This document shows positions 18,877 to 29,030 of a stretch of DNA of 64,000 bases, in pieces. The DNA lies in NCBI GenBank assembly GCA_040388415.1, contig JAZKBV010000001.1, positions 74,369 through 138,368 of the forward strand. The letters are read 5' to 3'. Under the pieces are notes generated by a model. That model ran no database searches and was not told where the DNA came from. It saw only the letters and a program-made list of their open reading frames with translations. Made by a program: the position numbers and the translations under genes. The stretch is from Patescibacteria group bacterium. GTDB lineage: Bacteria > Patescibacteriota > Minisyncoccia > Phycocordibacterales > PALSA-1337. Numbering within the stretch: position 1 is the first letter of the stretch; every line of letters starts with the position of its first letter.

Positions 18877-19524
18877 ATGAGCAAAGGACTCATAAATACT
18901 ATTTTGATAATCGTCGGCCTCGCCGTTCTTTATTTTATTGCGCAAGGATTATTCGCTGAGCATAAAATACCCTCCTTTGGCGATATCGTTGCAAGCTCGA
19001 CGTTGAGCGTCGCAAGTTCAAGCGAAGCTCAAGAAAATAGCTCAGCTCAAATGAATTCTACAACGACTCCACGTACGTCTCCATTTCAGAAATTGTTCGA
19101 ATCAATCGCATCTTCGACTTCTGCAGCGAAGAAATCATACAGTGATATTACGTTTTTACCTTCAACCTCGATTATAACTTCAAAGGGAAGTGTCAAAGCA
19201 TTTGTGGCCAATACTGAGGCGAGCCGTGAACAAGGGTTGAGTGGACAAGATTCATTGCCGAATGGTGTCGGCATGCTCTTTGTTTTCAATAGTTCAGGCA
19301 AATATGGTTTTTGGATGAAAGATATGAGCTTTTCACTCGATCTCATTTGGATTGATGCAAATAAAAAGATTGTAGGTGTCACAAAAAACGTTTTGCCGAG
19401 CTCATATCCATTTGTTTTTATGCCACCAAAGGATATTTTATATGTTCTTGAAATGAATGCTGGTTCAGTGACGGAGTTTGGACTCACCACAGGAACTTCG
19501 CTGAAGTTTTCAGTGTCTAAATAA
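18877..19524 (+). CDS. DUF192 (COG1430) domain protein, N-terminal TM
   Basis: 'GLSGQDSLPNGVGMLFVF...FWMKDMSFSLDLIWIDANKKIVGV' matches the DUF192 core. Confidence 0.65.
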   Translation: MSKGLINTILIIVGLAVLYFIAQGLFAEHKIPSFGDIVASSTLSVASSSEAQENSSAQMNSTTTPRTSPFQKLFESIASSTSAAKKSYSDITFLPSTSIITSKGSVKAFVANTEASREQGLSGQDSLPNGVGMLFVFNSSGKYGFWMKDMSFSLDLIWIDANKKIVGVTKNVLPSSYPFVFMPPKDILYVLEMNAGSVTEFGLTTGTSLKFSVSK

Positions 19525-19578
19525 TATTTTTATTAGGCTCTGTTACCGTTCGGTTTTTTGACTCGAAAATGGAGCACC

Positions 19579-19587
19579 TGTGGATAA
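19579..19587. promoter_or_regulatory. perfect DnaA-box nonamer (TGTGGATAA / TTATCCACA) in nrdJ upstream region
   Basis: Exact match to the consensus DnaA box. Confidence 0.3.
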
Positions 19588-19602
19588 CTTTTTGAATGGG
19601 CA

Positions 19603-19623
19603 GGGGAGAAAGACCCCTTTTTT
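19603..19623 (+). terminator. terminator-like hairpin after DUF192 gene
   Basis: GGGG-agaaaga-CCCC followed by TTTTTT. Confidence 0.4.
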
Positions 19624-19842
19624 GACCTAAAATTTAAAAAATGTGCACAAAATAAAACCACACTTTCTGCTAGTCTGAATTTTCTCTAAAATCTATCTCC
19701 ATAAAACATTGGAAATGCTTTTCATTACAGCAAACTATCTTCACAGATGACATTTTCGTGGTCGAAATTGCCCTGCTCATTCTTCCCTCCTATTTTGAAA
19801 TAAAAAATTTCCCACTGCACGAAAAAATCCTCGCAAAACTCT

Positions 19843-19870
19843 TTCACTCCATACTGCCCTGCGGTATAAT
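19843..19870 (+). promoter_or_regulatory. candidate promoter for nrdJ (TTCACT-16nt-TATAAT)
   Basis: -35-like TTCACT and consensus -10 TATAAT. Gives an about 90-nt leader. Confidence 0.3.
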
Positions 19871-19929
19871 AAGTAACAAAGGAACGAAGTTCGAGTACAA
19901 TTTAAGTAATTATTAAAAATAACGCATCA

Positions 19930-19956
19930 ACGTGTGCGGTTTGTAGTCCGCCACGT
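19930..19956 (+). promoter_or_regulatory. imperfect palindrome in nrdJ leader (ACGTGTGCGG-8nt-CCGCCACGT)
   Basis: 9/10-bp inverted repeat ending 8 nt before the start codon. Could be an operator or leader hairpin. Confidence 0.3.
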
Positions 19957-19964
19957 CTATAATT

Positions 19965-22286
19965 ATGTCAAAGAAAAAGAAGTTAGTGTCCGCAGCAGTC
20001 AAAGCTCCAGCTATCCCTACGATTATCAAACGCGATGGTCGCATCGTGCCGTTCGATGTAGAAAAGATAACCAATGCCATCTTCAAAGGCTTGACCACAA
20101 TGGCTGAAGGCTCTCGTGATGACGCTGAGCTTGTCGCGAAGAACGTTCTTGCTGAGCTTGTGCGTATCAAAAAGAAGTTCAAGAACTTCATGCCAACTGT
20201 TGAAGGAGTCCAAGACATCGTTGAGCAAGAGTTGATGCGTTCTGATTATGTCAAAACTGCAAAGCACTACGTCTTGTACCGCGAGGAACGTGCACAGCTT
20301 CGTGCCAAGGGTGTTGAGATTCCTGAGAATGTCCGCAAGCTTGCCACTGACTCAAAGCAGTATTTCAGAAACGCTCTCGGTGAGTTCGTTTACTACCGTA
20401 CCTACTCAAAGTGGATTGATGCGGAGAGTCGTCGTGAGACATGGATCGAGACAGTTGAACGTTACATCACGTTCATGAAAGAAAATCTCGGCAACAAGCT
20501 CACTGATAAAGAGTATAAGGAAGTCCGTGACGGTATCCTCAGTCAGCAAGCGATGCCATCGATGCGTCTCCTTCAGTTCTCAGGTCCTGCGGCTCGTCGC
20601 GACAATGTTTGCGCATACAACTGTTCATTCATCGCTCCAGAGTCATTCCAAGATCTCGCTGAGATCATGTATGTCTCTATGTCAGGCACCGGCGTCGGTT
20701 TTGCGGTTGAGAGTACCAACGCAGAGAAGTTTCCTCAGATCGAGATGCAGACAGGAGAGAAGAATTCAGTTCATGTAGTAGGTGATAGCAAAGAAGGTTG
20801 GGCAGACTCGCTCACGGTCGGTATGAAGGCATGGGCAGCAGGTAAAGATATTGATTTTGATTATTCTACTGTGCGTCCAGAGGGAACTCGTCTCAAGGTC
20901 ATGGGTGGCAAAGCATCTGGTCCGGCTCCCCTTGTTCGTTTACATGGATTTACCCGTCAGATCATGCTCGCTCGTCAGGGCAAGCGCCTCCGTCCGATCG
21001 ATCTTCACGATATCATCTGTATGATCGGCGATTGCGTGGTTTCAGGCGGTGTTCGTCGCAGTGCCATGATTTCCCTCTCTGAACTTGCTGATGAACAGAT
21101 TCGTGATGCAAAGAAGGGGGCTTTCTACGTCAATCATCCTCATCGTATGTTGGCTAACAACTCAGCGGTGTATATCAACAAGCCTTCAAACGAGGAATTC
21201 CTCAAGGAATGGATGGCTCTTATTGAAAGCCGTTCTGGTGAGCGTGGTATCTTCAATCGCGGCTCACTCGCAAAGACACTCCCAGAGCGCCGTATCGCTG
21301 CTCTCAAGGAGTACAAGGGATACTTTGACCCATCAGGACAGCATATCGTAGGTCCTATGGGAACGAACCCTTGTGGCGAGATCATTCTCCAGTCAAAGCA
21401 GTTCTGTAACCTTTCAGAGATCGTCGCTCGCGCTGATGATACAGAAGCGACTCTTATGAAAAAGATGCGTTTGGCCACCATCCTCGGTACCTATCAGTCA
21501 TCACTCACAAACTTCCAGTACCTCTCAAAGGAATGGAAAGAGCATTGTGACCGCGAACGTCTCCTCGGCGTGTCTATCACTGGTCAATGGGATTGTCCGG
21601 TTGTCCGCAAGCCAGAAGTCATGCGCAAGCTCAAGGCAGAAGCGATCCGTATCAACAAGGAGTATGCAAAGCGCTTCGGTATAGGGGAGTCGACTGCTAT
21701 CACTACAGTCAAACCTTCAGGAACTCTCTCTCAGACCGTGGACTGTTCATCAGGCATGCACCCTCGTCATGCGAAGTTCTACATCCGCCGCGTCCGTATC
21801 TCTGCGACTGACACGCTCTTCAAGATGCTCAAGGATCAGGGTGTTCCTTATAGTCCAGAAGTCGGTCAGTCTATGGAGACAGCGTCGACGTTCGTTCTCG
21901 AGTTCCCGGTCAAAGCTCCGTCTGGCTCTATCTTCCGCGATGATCTCTCAGCAGTTGAACAACTCGAATACTGGAAGATGGTCAAGATGAACTATACTGA
22001 GCACAATCCATCAGTAACCGTCTCTATCGGCAATGATGAGTGGATCGCAGTCGCAAACTGGGTCTATGAGAACTGGGATATCGCTGGAGGTCTTTCATTT
22101 CTCCCTCGTGAGGATGCGGTCTACAAGCTTGCTCCATACGAAGCCATCGATGAGAAGCGTTTCAAGGAGTTGGCAAAGCGCCTCGAGCATATCGACTATT
22201 CAAAGATTATCTCGTACGAAAAGCAAAACGAGATCGATATGAAGAAAGAGTTGGCGTGCGCGGGTGGTGTGTGTGAGATAGTGTAA
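19965..22286 (+). CDS. nrdJ: ribonucleotide reductase, class II (adenosylcobalamin-dependent, NrdJ-type) with N-terminal ATP-cone
   Basis: ATP-cone 'IIKRDGRIVPFDVEKITNAIFKG'. Active-site 'TNPCGEI' (class II style rather than class I 'SNLCxEI'). No adjacent small-subunit gene. Confidence 0.7.
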   Translation: MSKKKKLVSAAVKAPAIPTIIKRDGRIVPFDVEKITNAIFKGLTTMAEGSRDDAELVAKNVLAELVRIKKKFKNFMPTVEGVQDIVEQELMRSDYVKTAKHYVLYREERAQLRAKGVEIPENVRKLATDSKQYFRNALGEFVYYRTYSKWIDAESRRETWIETVERYITFMKENLGNKLTDKEYKEVRDGILSQQAMPSMRLLQFSGPAARRDNVCAYNCSFIAPESFQDLAEIMYVSMSGTGVGFAVESTNAEKFPQIEMQTGEKNSVHVVGDSKEGWADSLTVGMKAWAAGKDIDFDYSTVRPEGTRLKVMGGKASGPAPLVRLHGFTRQIMLARQGKRLRPIDLHDIICMIGDCVVSGGVRRSAMISLSELADEQIRDAKKGAFYVNHPHRMLANNSAVYINKPSNEEFLKEWMALIESRSGERGIFNRGSLAKTLPERRIAALKEYKGYFDPSGQHIVGPMGTNPCGEIILQSKQFCNLSEIVARADDTEATLMKKMRLATILGTYQSSLTNFQYLSKEWKEHCDRERLLGVSITGQWDCPVVRKPEVMRKLKAEAIRINKEYAKRFGIGESTAITTVKPSGTLSQTVDCSSGMHPRHAKFYIRRVRISATDTLFKMLKDQGVPYSPEVGQSMETASTFVLEFPVKAPSGSIFRDDLSAVEQLEYWKMVKMNYTEHNPSVTVSIGNDEWIAVANWVYENWDIAGGLSFLPREDAVYKLAPYEAIDEKRFKELAKRLEHIDYSKIISYEKQNEIDMKKELACAGGVCEIV

Positions 22287-22298
22287 CGAAATAAAAAG

Positions 22299-22327
22299 AC
22301 CGCTCACTGTAAGGTGGGCGGTTTTTT
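22299..22327 (+). terminator. rho-independent terminator after nrdJ
   Basis: ACCGCTCAC-tgtaag-GTGGGCGGT followed by TTTTTT. Confidence 0.55.
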
Positions 22328-22353
22328 GTAAGGGAACCAGATGCCGATCTTGG

Positions 22354-22569
22354 TCATACCCAAGAGAGGCACCCGCTGATTATCAGGATGACTCCTAATA
22401 TGAAAACAAAGAATATAAAGAGAAAAACTAGATTCGACATGACTGATTTCTTTATCTTTATCCGATGATTTCGGTGATACGGTTTAGTGAAGGCGACGGC
22501 GATGATTAGGCCGATGATGCTGGCAAGGATGATGAAACAACCTGCCCAGATGATACTGTATGCATGCAT
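22354..22569 (-). CDS. small two-TM membrane protein, unknown function
   Basis: 71-aa hydrophobic ORF. Confidence 0.3.
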   Translation of the reverse strand: MHAYSIIWAGCFIILASIIGLIIAVAFTKPYHRNHRIKIKKSVMSNLVFLFIFFVFILGVILIISGCLSWV

Positions 22570-22659
22570 AGTTTGCGTATGGTTGAGTGCTATTAACTCA
22601 GTTTATTTACTCAAATAAAATGACTCTTGTCAAGCACCTCAAATTGAGGTATTATTATA

Positions 22660-23042
22660 TACGGCCGTACCAAACAACCGCGTCTTGATGTGCTCTTTCG
22701 GGGGCATTGTTGAGATGAGGAAAGTCCGAACACCGGCTTTGTGGGAATGAGCGATCGCTCCCGTAAAGCAGTGAGTAGCAGGTAACTCCTGCCAGGGTAA
22801 TACCCAGAGGTGCGAACAGAAACGCTCAAATCGAAAGATGAGAGTATGTCAGAGACGCTTCGGCGAGCATGACATATGTTCCATGGCGACATGGAAATGC
22901 AACGGCAAAATCCTTACTTCGGTGCAAGACCGCGCTTCATATATTCGCAAGATTGTATGATGAGAGTCGCTCGAGGTCGGCAGCGATGTCGATCCTAGAT
23001 ATATGGTTGTATAAACAAAATTCGGCTTACGGTACGGCTATC
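22660..23042 (+). ncRNA. rnpB: RNase P RNA (bacterial type A)
   Basis: P4 'GAGGAAAGTCCGAACAC' at about 22716. 3' conserved 'ACAAAATTCGGCTTACGG' (compare ACAGAAcccGGCUUAucGG). P1 pairing GGCCGTACC (22663-) with GGTACGGC (23031-). Followed by a terminator hairpin. Confidence 0.8.
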
Positions 23043-23098
23043 AAAGAAACTCGCATTCAAGCGGGTTTTTTTGTTATACTTACGCGACACAATATACT

Positions 23099-24775
23099 AT
23101 GGTTAAGAAATGGTTTTCATTCATCGGCAGGGAAATACGTGGTCTCCACGAAGCAGCCTATTTGTTGGCTACATTTGCACTCCTCTCGCAGGCGCTCGGT
23201 CTCGTTCGTGATAAGCTTCTCGCATTTAGTTTCGGCGCAGGGCATCAGCTCGATGTGTACTATGCTGCATTCCGTATCCCAGATTTTATCTTCGCCTCAG
23301 TCGGCTCGCTCGTCTCAGCCTCGATTCTCCTTCCGTACTTCATTGATCGCTTCAGTAAAAGTGAAGAAGAAGGCAGGGCATTTTCAAATGCCATGTTTAC
23401 TATATTTTTTGGCTTAATCGTGATCACAAGCGCGGTGGCATATATTATCGCACCGGTGCTCATTCCAAAGATGCTACCTGGATTTGCCCATGATCTATCA
23501 TTACCGGATCTGATCGCTTCAATGCGCATCATGCTCTTGTCTCCATTCCTTCTTGGTCTTTCAAATCTCTTTTCAAGCCTGACGCAGATGCGTCACCGTT
23601 TTTTGGTGTATGCAGTATCGCCAGCGCTCTACAACCTCGGCATCATCGCTGGCACCGTCTTTTTATATCCTATTATCGGCATTCCCGGTCTAGCGATCGG
23701 TGTCGCTGTCGGTGCACTCATGCATATGGGCATCCAGATTCCATTCTTGATGAGTGAAAAGATACTTCCACATTTTACATTCAAGATAGATTGGTTACGC
23801 GTAAAGGCCATCGTCTATTCATCACTACCACGCACGTTTACCTTGTCAGCGAATCAGCTAGCGTCATTCGTCCTCGTCTCATTTGCTTCCCTTATGGCAA
23901 CAGGTTCTATTTCAGTATTTACATTCGCTTTCAATCTCCAGGCAGTCCCGCTTACCATCATCGGTGCGAGTTACTCATCTGCCGTGTTTCCAACCCTTTC
24001 TCGCCTCTATGTGGAAAACAACATAAAAGAATTTTTAGAAAAAATGATTGCTTCAGCGCGCCACATCATCTTTTGGTCTATGCCGATCATGGTCTTGTTT
24101 ATTGTCTTGCGCGCGCAGATTGTCCGTACTGTTCTCGGTGCGGGTAAGTTTGACTGGGCTGATACGCGTATCACCGCTGCTATGCTCGCACTCTTCACTG
24201 TTTCAACTATTGGGCAAAGCCTCATCATCCTCTTTGTCCGCGCATTTTATGCAGAAGGGAAGACGAGTAAGCCACTTCTCATCAATGCCATATCAGCATC
24301 GTTCATCGTCATCTCAGGCTTTGCTCTGATGGCGCTCTTCCGTTCAGTTCCAGTGTTCCAGTTTTTTATGGAAGACTTGCTCAAGGTGGGCGGTCAGACG
24401 GGCACGATCGTTTTGACGCTCGCCCTCGCGTATTCGCTCGGTGTCATCTTGAACACTATCCTTCATTGGGTCATGTTTGAAAAGGCATATCCTGGATTTA
24501 CCAAGCCAGTCATCGAGACGCTGTATCACAGTTTTTCAGCGTCAGTTATCATGGGGTACGTTGCATTTCAGGGCCTCCGTTTGTTCTCATTCTTTCCGCT
24601 TGAAAAGGTCTGGGGTATTTTTATGCAAGGATTTTGCGCTGGCATCCTCGGCCTTATCGTCGGTGTGCTCATCTTGATCCTTCTCAAAAACCAAGAGCTA
24701 CAAGAAGTCTGGCGCACGTTCCATAGGAAGATCTGGAAGGCGACCGTGCCTCCAGCTGAAGTGGAAAGGCTCTAA
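23099..24775 (+). CDS. murJ: lipid II flippase MurJ (MviN family)
   Basis: 558 aa, 14 TM. N-terminus 'LSQALGLVRDKLLAFSFGAGHQLDVYYAAFRIPDFIF' typical of MurJ. Confidence 0.8.
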   Translation: MVKKWFSFIGREIRGLHEAAYLLATFALLSQALGLVRDKLLAFSFGAGHQLDVYYAAFRIPDFIFASVGSLVSASILLPYFIDRFSKSEEEGRAFSNAMFTIFFGLIVITSAVAYIIAPVLIPKMLPGFAHDLSLPDLIASMRIMLLSPFLLGLSNLFSSLTQMRHRFLVYAVSPALYNLGIIAGTVFLYPIIGIPGLAIGVAVGALMHMGIQIPFLMSEKILPHFTFKIDWLRVKAIVYSSLPRTFTLSANQLASFVLVSFASLMATGSISVFTFAFNLQAVPLTIIGASYSSAVFPTLSRLYVENNIKEFLEKMIASARHIIFWSMPIMVLFIVLRAQIVRTVLGAGKFDWADTRITAAMLALFTVSTIGQSLIILFVRAFYAEGKTSKPLLINAISASFIVISGFALMALFRSVPVFQFFMEDLLKVGGQTGTIVLTLALAYSLGVILNTILHWVMFEKAYPGFTKPVIETLYHSFSASVIMGYVAFQGLRLFSFFPLEKVWGIFMQGFCAGILGLIVGVLILILLKNQELQEVWRTFHRKIWKATVPPAEVERL

Positions 24776-24807
24776 TTTTCCTGTATAATTAGTACAAAAC
24801 AATTCGC

Positions 24808-25611
24808 ATGAAAAAAAGCCGACACATATTATTTTTTATAACTTTAACTATCTTATGTATCATAGGAAGCGATAGCGCTTTTGCGGCTGTCTCTAAAGTT
24901 CAATGCGCCAGCGGATATCCTTTAACGAGCGTAAATTTTGGTTCAAATGTGACCGCGGGCAATCTGCTTGTAGCATTTTTCCAAGAAGGGTTCTCCACAG
25001 GATCTCAACAGCCTGATCCAGTAGTCACTGATACCCTTGGAAATACATGGACTCCCGTATCACCCAATACATGGCTCATAAACGGAAGTCCTACTCATAT
25101 AAACCAATGGGCATATTATACCGTTTCAGGTTCGAGCGGAGCTGATGCAGTCGACTATAGCGGTACTAGTGGGGGACGACATGATCCAGGCGTGTATGTA
25201 GTAGAGCTTACCGGACAAGATTCAGTGACGCCTATCAGTGCAACCTCAAGCGGAAGTGCAGGCAGTGGTTCGTACTGGTCAGCACAGACGCCGTTTAGTG
25301 TCCCAGCAGGGGGCATGACGGTTTCTATGATCGGAGACGAAGATATTTCGGGAGACACTATCACATATCATGGCAATCAAACAGTCTGTAACTCAAATGG
25401 GGGCCAGTTTGGTGCATCGTTCTATGAGCCCTTTGCATCAGCAAGCTCGACCGAATTGACGTATGTATATAGTAATTTGAGTACTCAGTGGGCACTTACT
25501 TCTCTTGTGATAAATCCTCAGGCAGTGATTCCACCACCACCAAGCACAAGGCCCCCACGCTTCACCATAAAAGGATTTATGAAAGTTATGCGTAGTTTCA
25601 TGGTCAAATAA
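24808..25611 (+). CDS. secreted Ser/Gly/Thr-rich protein of unknown function
   Basis: Signal peptide 'MKKSRHILFFITLTILCIIGSDSAFAA'. Pro-rich C-terminus. Confidence 0.4.
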   Translation: MKKSRHILFFITLTILCIIGSDSAFAAVSKVQCASGYPLTSVNFGSNVTAGNLLVAFFQEGFSTGSQQPDPVVTDTLGNTWTPVSPNTWLINGSPTHINQWAYYTVSGSSGADAVDYSGTSGGRHDPGVYVVELTGQDSVTPISATSSGSAGSGSYWSAQTPFSVPAGGMTVSMIGDEDISGDTITYHGNQTVCNSNGGQFGASFYEPFASASSTELTYVYSNLSTQWALTSLVINPQAVIPPPPSTRPPRFTIKGFMKVMRSFMVK

Positions 25612-25628
25612 TTTATTTTTTACAGATA

Positions 25629-25880
25629 TTGACAACGGGTGATTATTGGAGTATAATTCGACTTAATATGAACCTTTATATACTTGGTATCGGCATTTTT
25701 AGCTTAGTAGCTATCATCGCAGGGTTATACCTGTGTTTCTCTCTTCGGCTCAGCCGGAAGCAGTCCGACCAGACCCGTGAATGGATTGGGACAAATTACC
25801 ATGCAGTCATTAGCTTTGTGCTTTTGCTGTTTTCATTTATCATCATTGTGGCTCTGGTATTCATTCCTGTATATCGTTAG
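25629..25880 (+). CDS. small two-TM membrane protein, unknown
   Basis: 83-aa hydrophobic ORF. Confidence 0.3.
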   Translation: MTTGDYWSIIRLNMNLYILGIGIFSLVAIIAGLYLCFSLRLSRKQSDQTREWIGTNYHAVISFVLLLFSFIIIVALVFIPVYR

Positions 25881-26020
25881 CCTCAACGCATCGCTCACGC
25901 AACCGCACTCGTCTCAGGACTTTGTGCGGTTTGTCTTTTTAAGTAATAAAAATGCACAACCTTTTGTAAATCCGCTATTATCTGCTATATTGAGGCTCTA
26001 TCGGCTATACCGAATCATAC

Positions 26021-27895
26021 ATGAATCCCAAGTTTATCCGCAATTTCTCTATCATCGCCCATATCGACCATGGTAAATCGACCTTGGCCGACCGCCTATT
26101 GGAAGTAACGGGCACCATCGAAAAGCGCAAAATGCAGGAACAAGTGCTCGACTCAATGGAGTTGGAGCGTGAGCGTGGCATTACCATCAAACTGACACCG
26201 GTTAGAATGCGTTGGCAAATTGGTGGCAAAGGCGCCACTGGTCAAGAATACATGATGAACTTGATCGACACGCCAGGACATATCGACTTTTCATATGAAG
26301 TGTCACGTGCGCTCAAAGCTGTTGAAGGCTCTATCCTCCTCGTCGATGCGACGCAGGGTGTGCAAGCTCAGACACTCACTACGCTCAACATGGCACGTGA
26401 AGGCGGACTCGTCATCGTGCCAGTCGTCTCAAAGATCGATTCACCGCTTGCGCGCACTGATGAAGTGGTCAAAGAGCTTGCTGAACTCCTTGTATGTGAC
26501 GAATCAGAAGTGATCAAAGTTTCCGGTAAGACTGGCGAAGGTGTTGATCATCTCCTCGATGAGATTATAAAACGCGTGCCATCACCAGAGGATGCTAATA
26601 ATTGGCAGAAAGAGCTACAGAAGGAAGCGGAAACTGGAGCTAAGAGCTATGAGGTAAGAGATAAGAATATCCAATTTCGTTCGCTCATTTTTGATTTTCA
26701 ATACTCAAACCATATCGGTGTTATCGTCTATGTCCGCGTCATCTCTGGCTCAGTCAAACGTCACGACAAGCTCATGTTCAAAGTGGCTGGCAGGGAATTT
26801 GAAGCGATCGATGTGGGTATATTCAAACCCGACCAAACGCCGGTCGACAGTCTCAATGCAGGCGAGATCGGCTATATCGTCACCGGCATCAAAGAGCCAG
26901 GTATTGCCTCAGTCGGTGATACCATTTCAAGTGTCAAAGATACATTGCCACCTCTTCCTGGTTATATGACACCACGACCAGTGGTATGGGCTTCAGTCTA
27001 TCCAGCAAGTCAGGATGACCTCGCTATACTTCGTCAGGCTCTCAGTCGTTTGCGCTTGTCTGATTCGTCTATCACCTATGAAGAGGAAGCGTCAGGAACC
27101 CTCGGTAAAGGCTACCGCTGTGGATTCCTCGGTATGCTCCACCTCGAGATTGTCACTGAGCGTTTGCGTCGTGAGTTCAACTTGAATCTCGTCGTCACTA
27201 TGCCGACGATTACCTATGAAGTAGTCATGAAAAATGGCGACAAGAAAACTGTGTACTCACCGTCACTTTTTCCTGATGAAAATGATGTCATAGCAGTTCA
27301 TGAGCCGATTGTTACTATGAAGATTATTTTACCACCATCATATGTCAGTGGCATTATGAAATCTCTCTACGATCATGAAGCTGAAATTATTGGCACAGAA
27401 AATTTCGGTGACAATCGTACTATGCTCACCATGCTTATGCCGCTCCGCGAGCTGATGCGTAATTTCTTTGATGAATTGAAAAGTATTTCTTCTGGCTATG
27501 CTTCTATCTCATACGACATCACTGAGAGCCGTGTGGCTGATGTGGTCCGTATGGATGTGCTGGTCAATGATGAGCAGGTGCCCGCCTTCGCCCGTGTGGT
27601 CTCACGTCGTCGCGCTGAGCAAGAAGCTATCAATACCGTCGACCGTCTCTATGACATCATGCCACGTGAGCTTTTCTCATATAAGATACAGTCTGTGGCG
27701 CTTGGACGTATCATCTCGTCGCGCACTATCTCGGGCAAGAGAAAAGATGCTGCAGGTACGCTCTCTGGTGGTGATATCACGCGCAAGATGAAGCTCCGTG
27801 AAAAGCAAAAGGAAGGCCGTGCTCGCCTCAAGGAACATGGTGCGGTCATTATCCCACAGGATGTGTTCGTGAAGATGATGAGGAGTGGCGAATAG
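26021..27895 (+). CDS. lepA: elongation factor 4 (LepA)
   Basis: G-domain 'NFSIIAHIDHGKSTLADRLL', 'DTPGHIDF'. LepA-specific C-terminal domain. Confidence 0.9.
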   Translation: MNPKFIRNFSIIAHIDHGKSTLADRLLEVTGTIEKRKMQEQVLDSMELERERGITIKLTPVRMRWQIGGKGATGQEYMMNLIDTPGHIDFSYEVSRALKAVEGSILLVDATQGVQAQTLTTLNMAREGGLVIVPVVSKIDSPLARTDEVVKELAELLVCDESEVIKVSGKTGEGVDHLLDEIIKRVPSPEDANNWQKELQKEAETGAKSYEVRDKNIQFRSLIFDFQYSNHIGVIVYVRVISGSVKRHDKLMFKVAGREFEAIDVGIFKPDQTPVDSLNAGEIGYIVTGIKEPGIASVGDTISSVKDTLPPLPGYMTPRPVVWASVYPASQDDLAILRQALSRLRLSDSSITYEEEASGTLGKGYRCGFLGMLHLEIVTERLRREFNLNLVVTMPTITYEVVMKNGDKKTVYSPSLFPDENDVIAVHEPIVTMKIILPPSYVSGIMKSLYDHEAEIIGTENFGDNRTMLTMLMPLRELMRNFFDELKSISSGYASISYDITESRVADVVRMDVLVNDEQVPAFARVVSRRRAEQEAINTVDRLYDIMPRELFSYKIQSVALGRIISSRTISGKRKDAAGTLSGGDITRKMKLREKQKEGRARLKEHGAVIIPQDVFVKMMRSGE

Positions 27896-27913
27896 AGAAT
27901 GATTTAAATAAAA

Positions 27914-27946
27914 AAACCGCGAACAAAAAGTTCGCGGTTTGTGTTT
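27914..27946. terminator. bidirectional rho-independent terminator between lepA and convergent gene
   Basis: CCGCGAAC-aaaaa-GTTCGCGG flanked by A-run and T-run. Confidence 0.6.
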
Positions 27947-27953
27947 TGACGGA

Positions 27954-28388
27954 TTAGTTTCTCAAATCAAACATTTCCCAATCAACAGGGAGCCAAAGCC
28001 GGTCGTTTGCCCGAAAAACGAACTGCTCCATGAGCTGATCGTAGCCGACTTGCTTCACAAAGAGACGTTCATTGCGTTCAAATCGAGCGTGTCGCATCGG
28101 ACTGCCGTCGAGTTGAATAATGTCAATTTCAGAATACTTTGGGATGAGCACGTGTCCAGCGCGTAAAGATTCTGTGTTAACTACTGGTCTGTTCCATTCA
28201 GCGCAGAACAATTCTTTCGTGAAGGTTTTGCTGACCAGAATAGCTGCGGGGACACCTGTGCTCCATTCCTCTTCCTCATGAGCGTAGTCCTTGAGTGCCT
28301 GCGTGCGGATAGATGAGGGTAATAAGATCACCCGTTTTGGTGGATAGGGAACGATATGTTCCATACCCAAACCTATTGTTGAGTTCAT
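27954..28388 (-). CDS. hypothetical protein
   Basis: Start set at MNSTIGL with AGGA upstream. No recognisable motif. Confidence 0.35.
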   Translation of the reverse strand: MNSTIGLGMEHIVPYPPKRVILLPSSIRTQALKDYAHEEEEWSTGVPAAILVSKTFTKELFCAEWNRPVVNTESLRAGHVLIPKYSEIDIIQLDGSPMRHARFERNERLFVKQVGYDQLMEQFVFRANDRLWLPVDWEMFDLRN

Positions 28389-28639
28389 AATTTCCTTTTG
28401 TTTAAGTGGCAGTATTGCCACCTGTTTCTAAGTTTAAATTAACACTCTTTTTATGTTTTGTCTAATAAATAAAAAACACTAGGATAACCCAGTGTTTTTC
28501 TTTTTTAGTAGTTAGCTGCGGGGAAATACAGCAACATCATACTGGCAATAACGAGAATACCAACAATGATAAAGAAAAAGCGGAAGAACTTTTGTGATTT
28601 TTGATGAAATAGCATAGTGGCTGTAGTATACTGTGAAGC

Positions 28640-29029
28640 ATGAAATACGGCAACAGGGCACCATGGAAGCGATTTTTCTACTCTCCGGCAAGTATCGGCA
28701 TCGCCTTGATCGCCTGCGTATTTATTTTTCGTGGTGCATGGAATATCCATACAAAGGCATTGTTGGCCCAAGACCGTCTCGACCAAGCAAAAGCTGAACT
28801 TGCTGACCTGCAAAGTCAAAAAGCTTCACTGTCTGTCTCTATAGATCATCTCTCAACGCCTGCAGGTATGGAGGCCGAACTCCGCGAGAAATATCACGCT
28901 GTCAAAGAAGGCGAGTCAGTGGCAGTTATCATCGATCCATCTGCTGACAAAAATGCCACATCAGCTCAATCAACGACCACCCCACCAATTTCGTGGTGGG
29001 GAAGTTTGCTTCGGATGATTGGGTTGTAG
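28640..29029 (+). CDS. septum formation initiator family protein (FtsB/DivIC-like)
   Basis: N-terminal TM then coiled coil 'LLAQDRLDQAKAELADLQSQKASL'. Confidence 0.55.
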   Translation: MKYGNRAPWKRFFYSPASIGIALIACVFIFRGAWNIHTKALLAQDRLDQAKAELADLQSQKASLSVSIDHLSTPAGMEAELREKYHAVKEGESVAVIIDPSADKNATSAQSTTTPPISWWGSLLRMIGL

Positions 29030-29030
29030 A

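Noticed and set aside
19958-19963. TATAAT 1 nt before the nrdJ ATG as its promoter -10
   Set aside because: The spacing is incompatible with either a leadered or a leaderless start. The upstream TTCACT/TATAAT pair at 19843-19870 is a better candidate.
19530-19964. Cobalamin riboswitch in the nrdJ leader
   Set aside because: Only a weak 'CCACTGC' resemblance to the B12 box and no other conserved elements are visible. Repressing a B12-dependent RNR by B12 is also not expected. It would need an Infernal search to exclude formally.
22611-23417. ORFs 22611-22892 (minus) and 22869-23417 (plus)
   Set aside because: They overlap the RNase P RNA (conserved P4 and 3' blocks present) and the 5' end of murJ, so they are treated as spurious.
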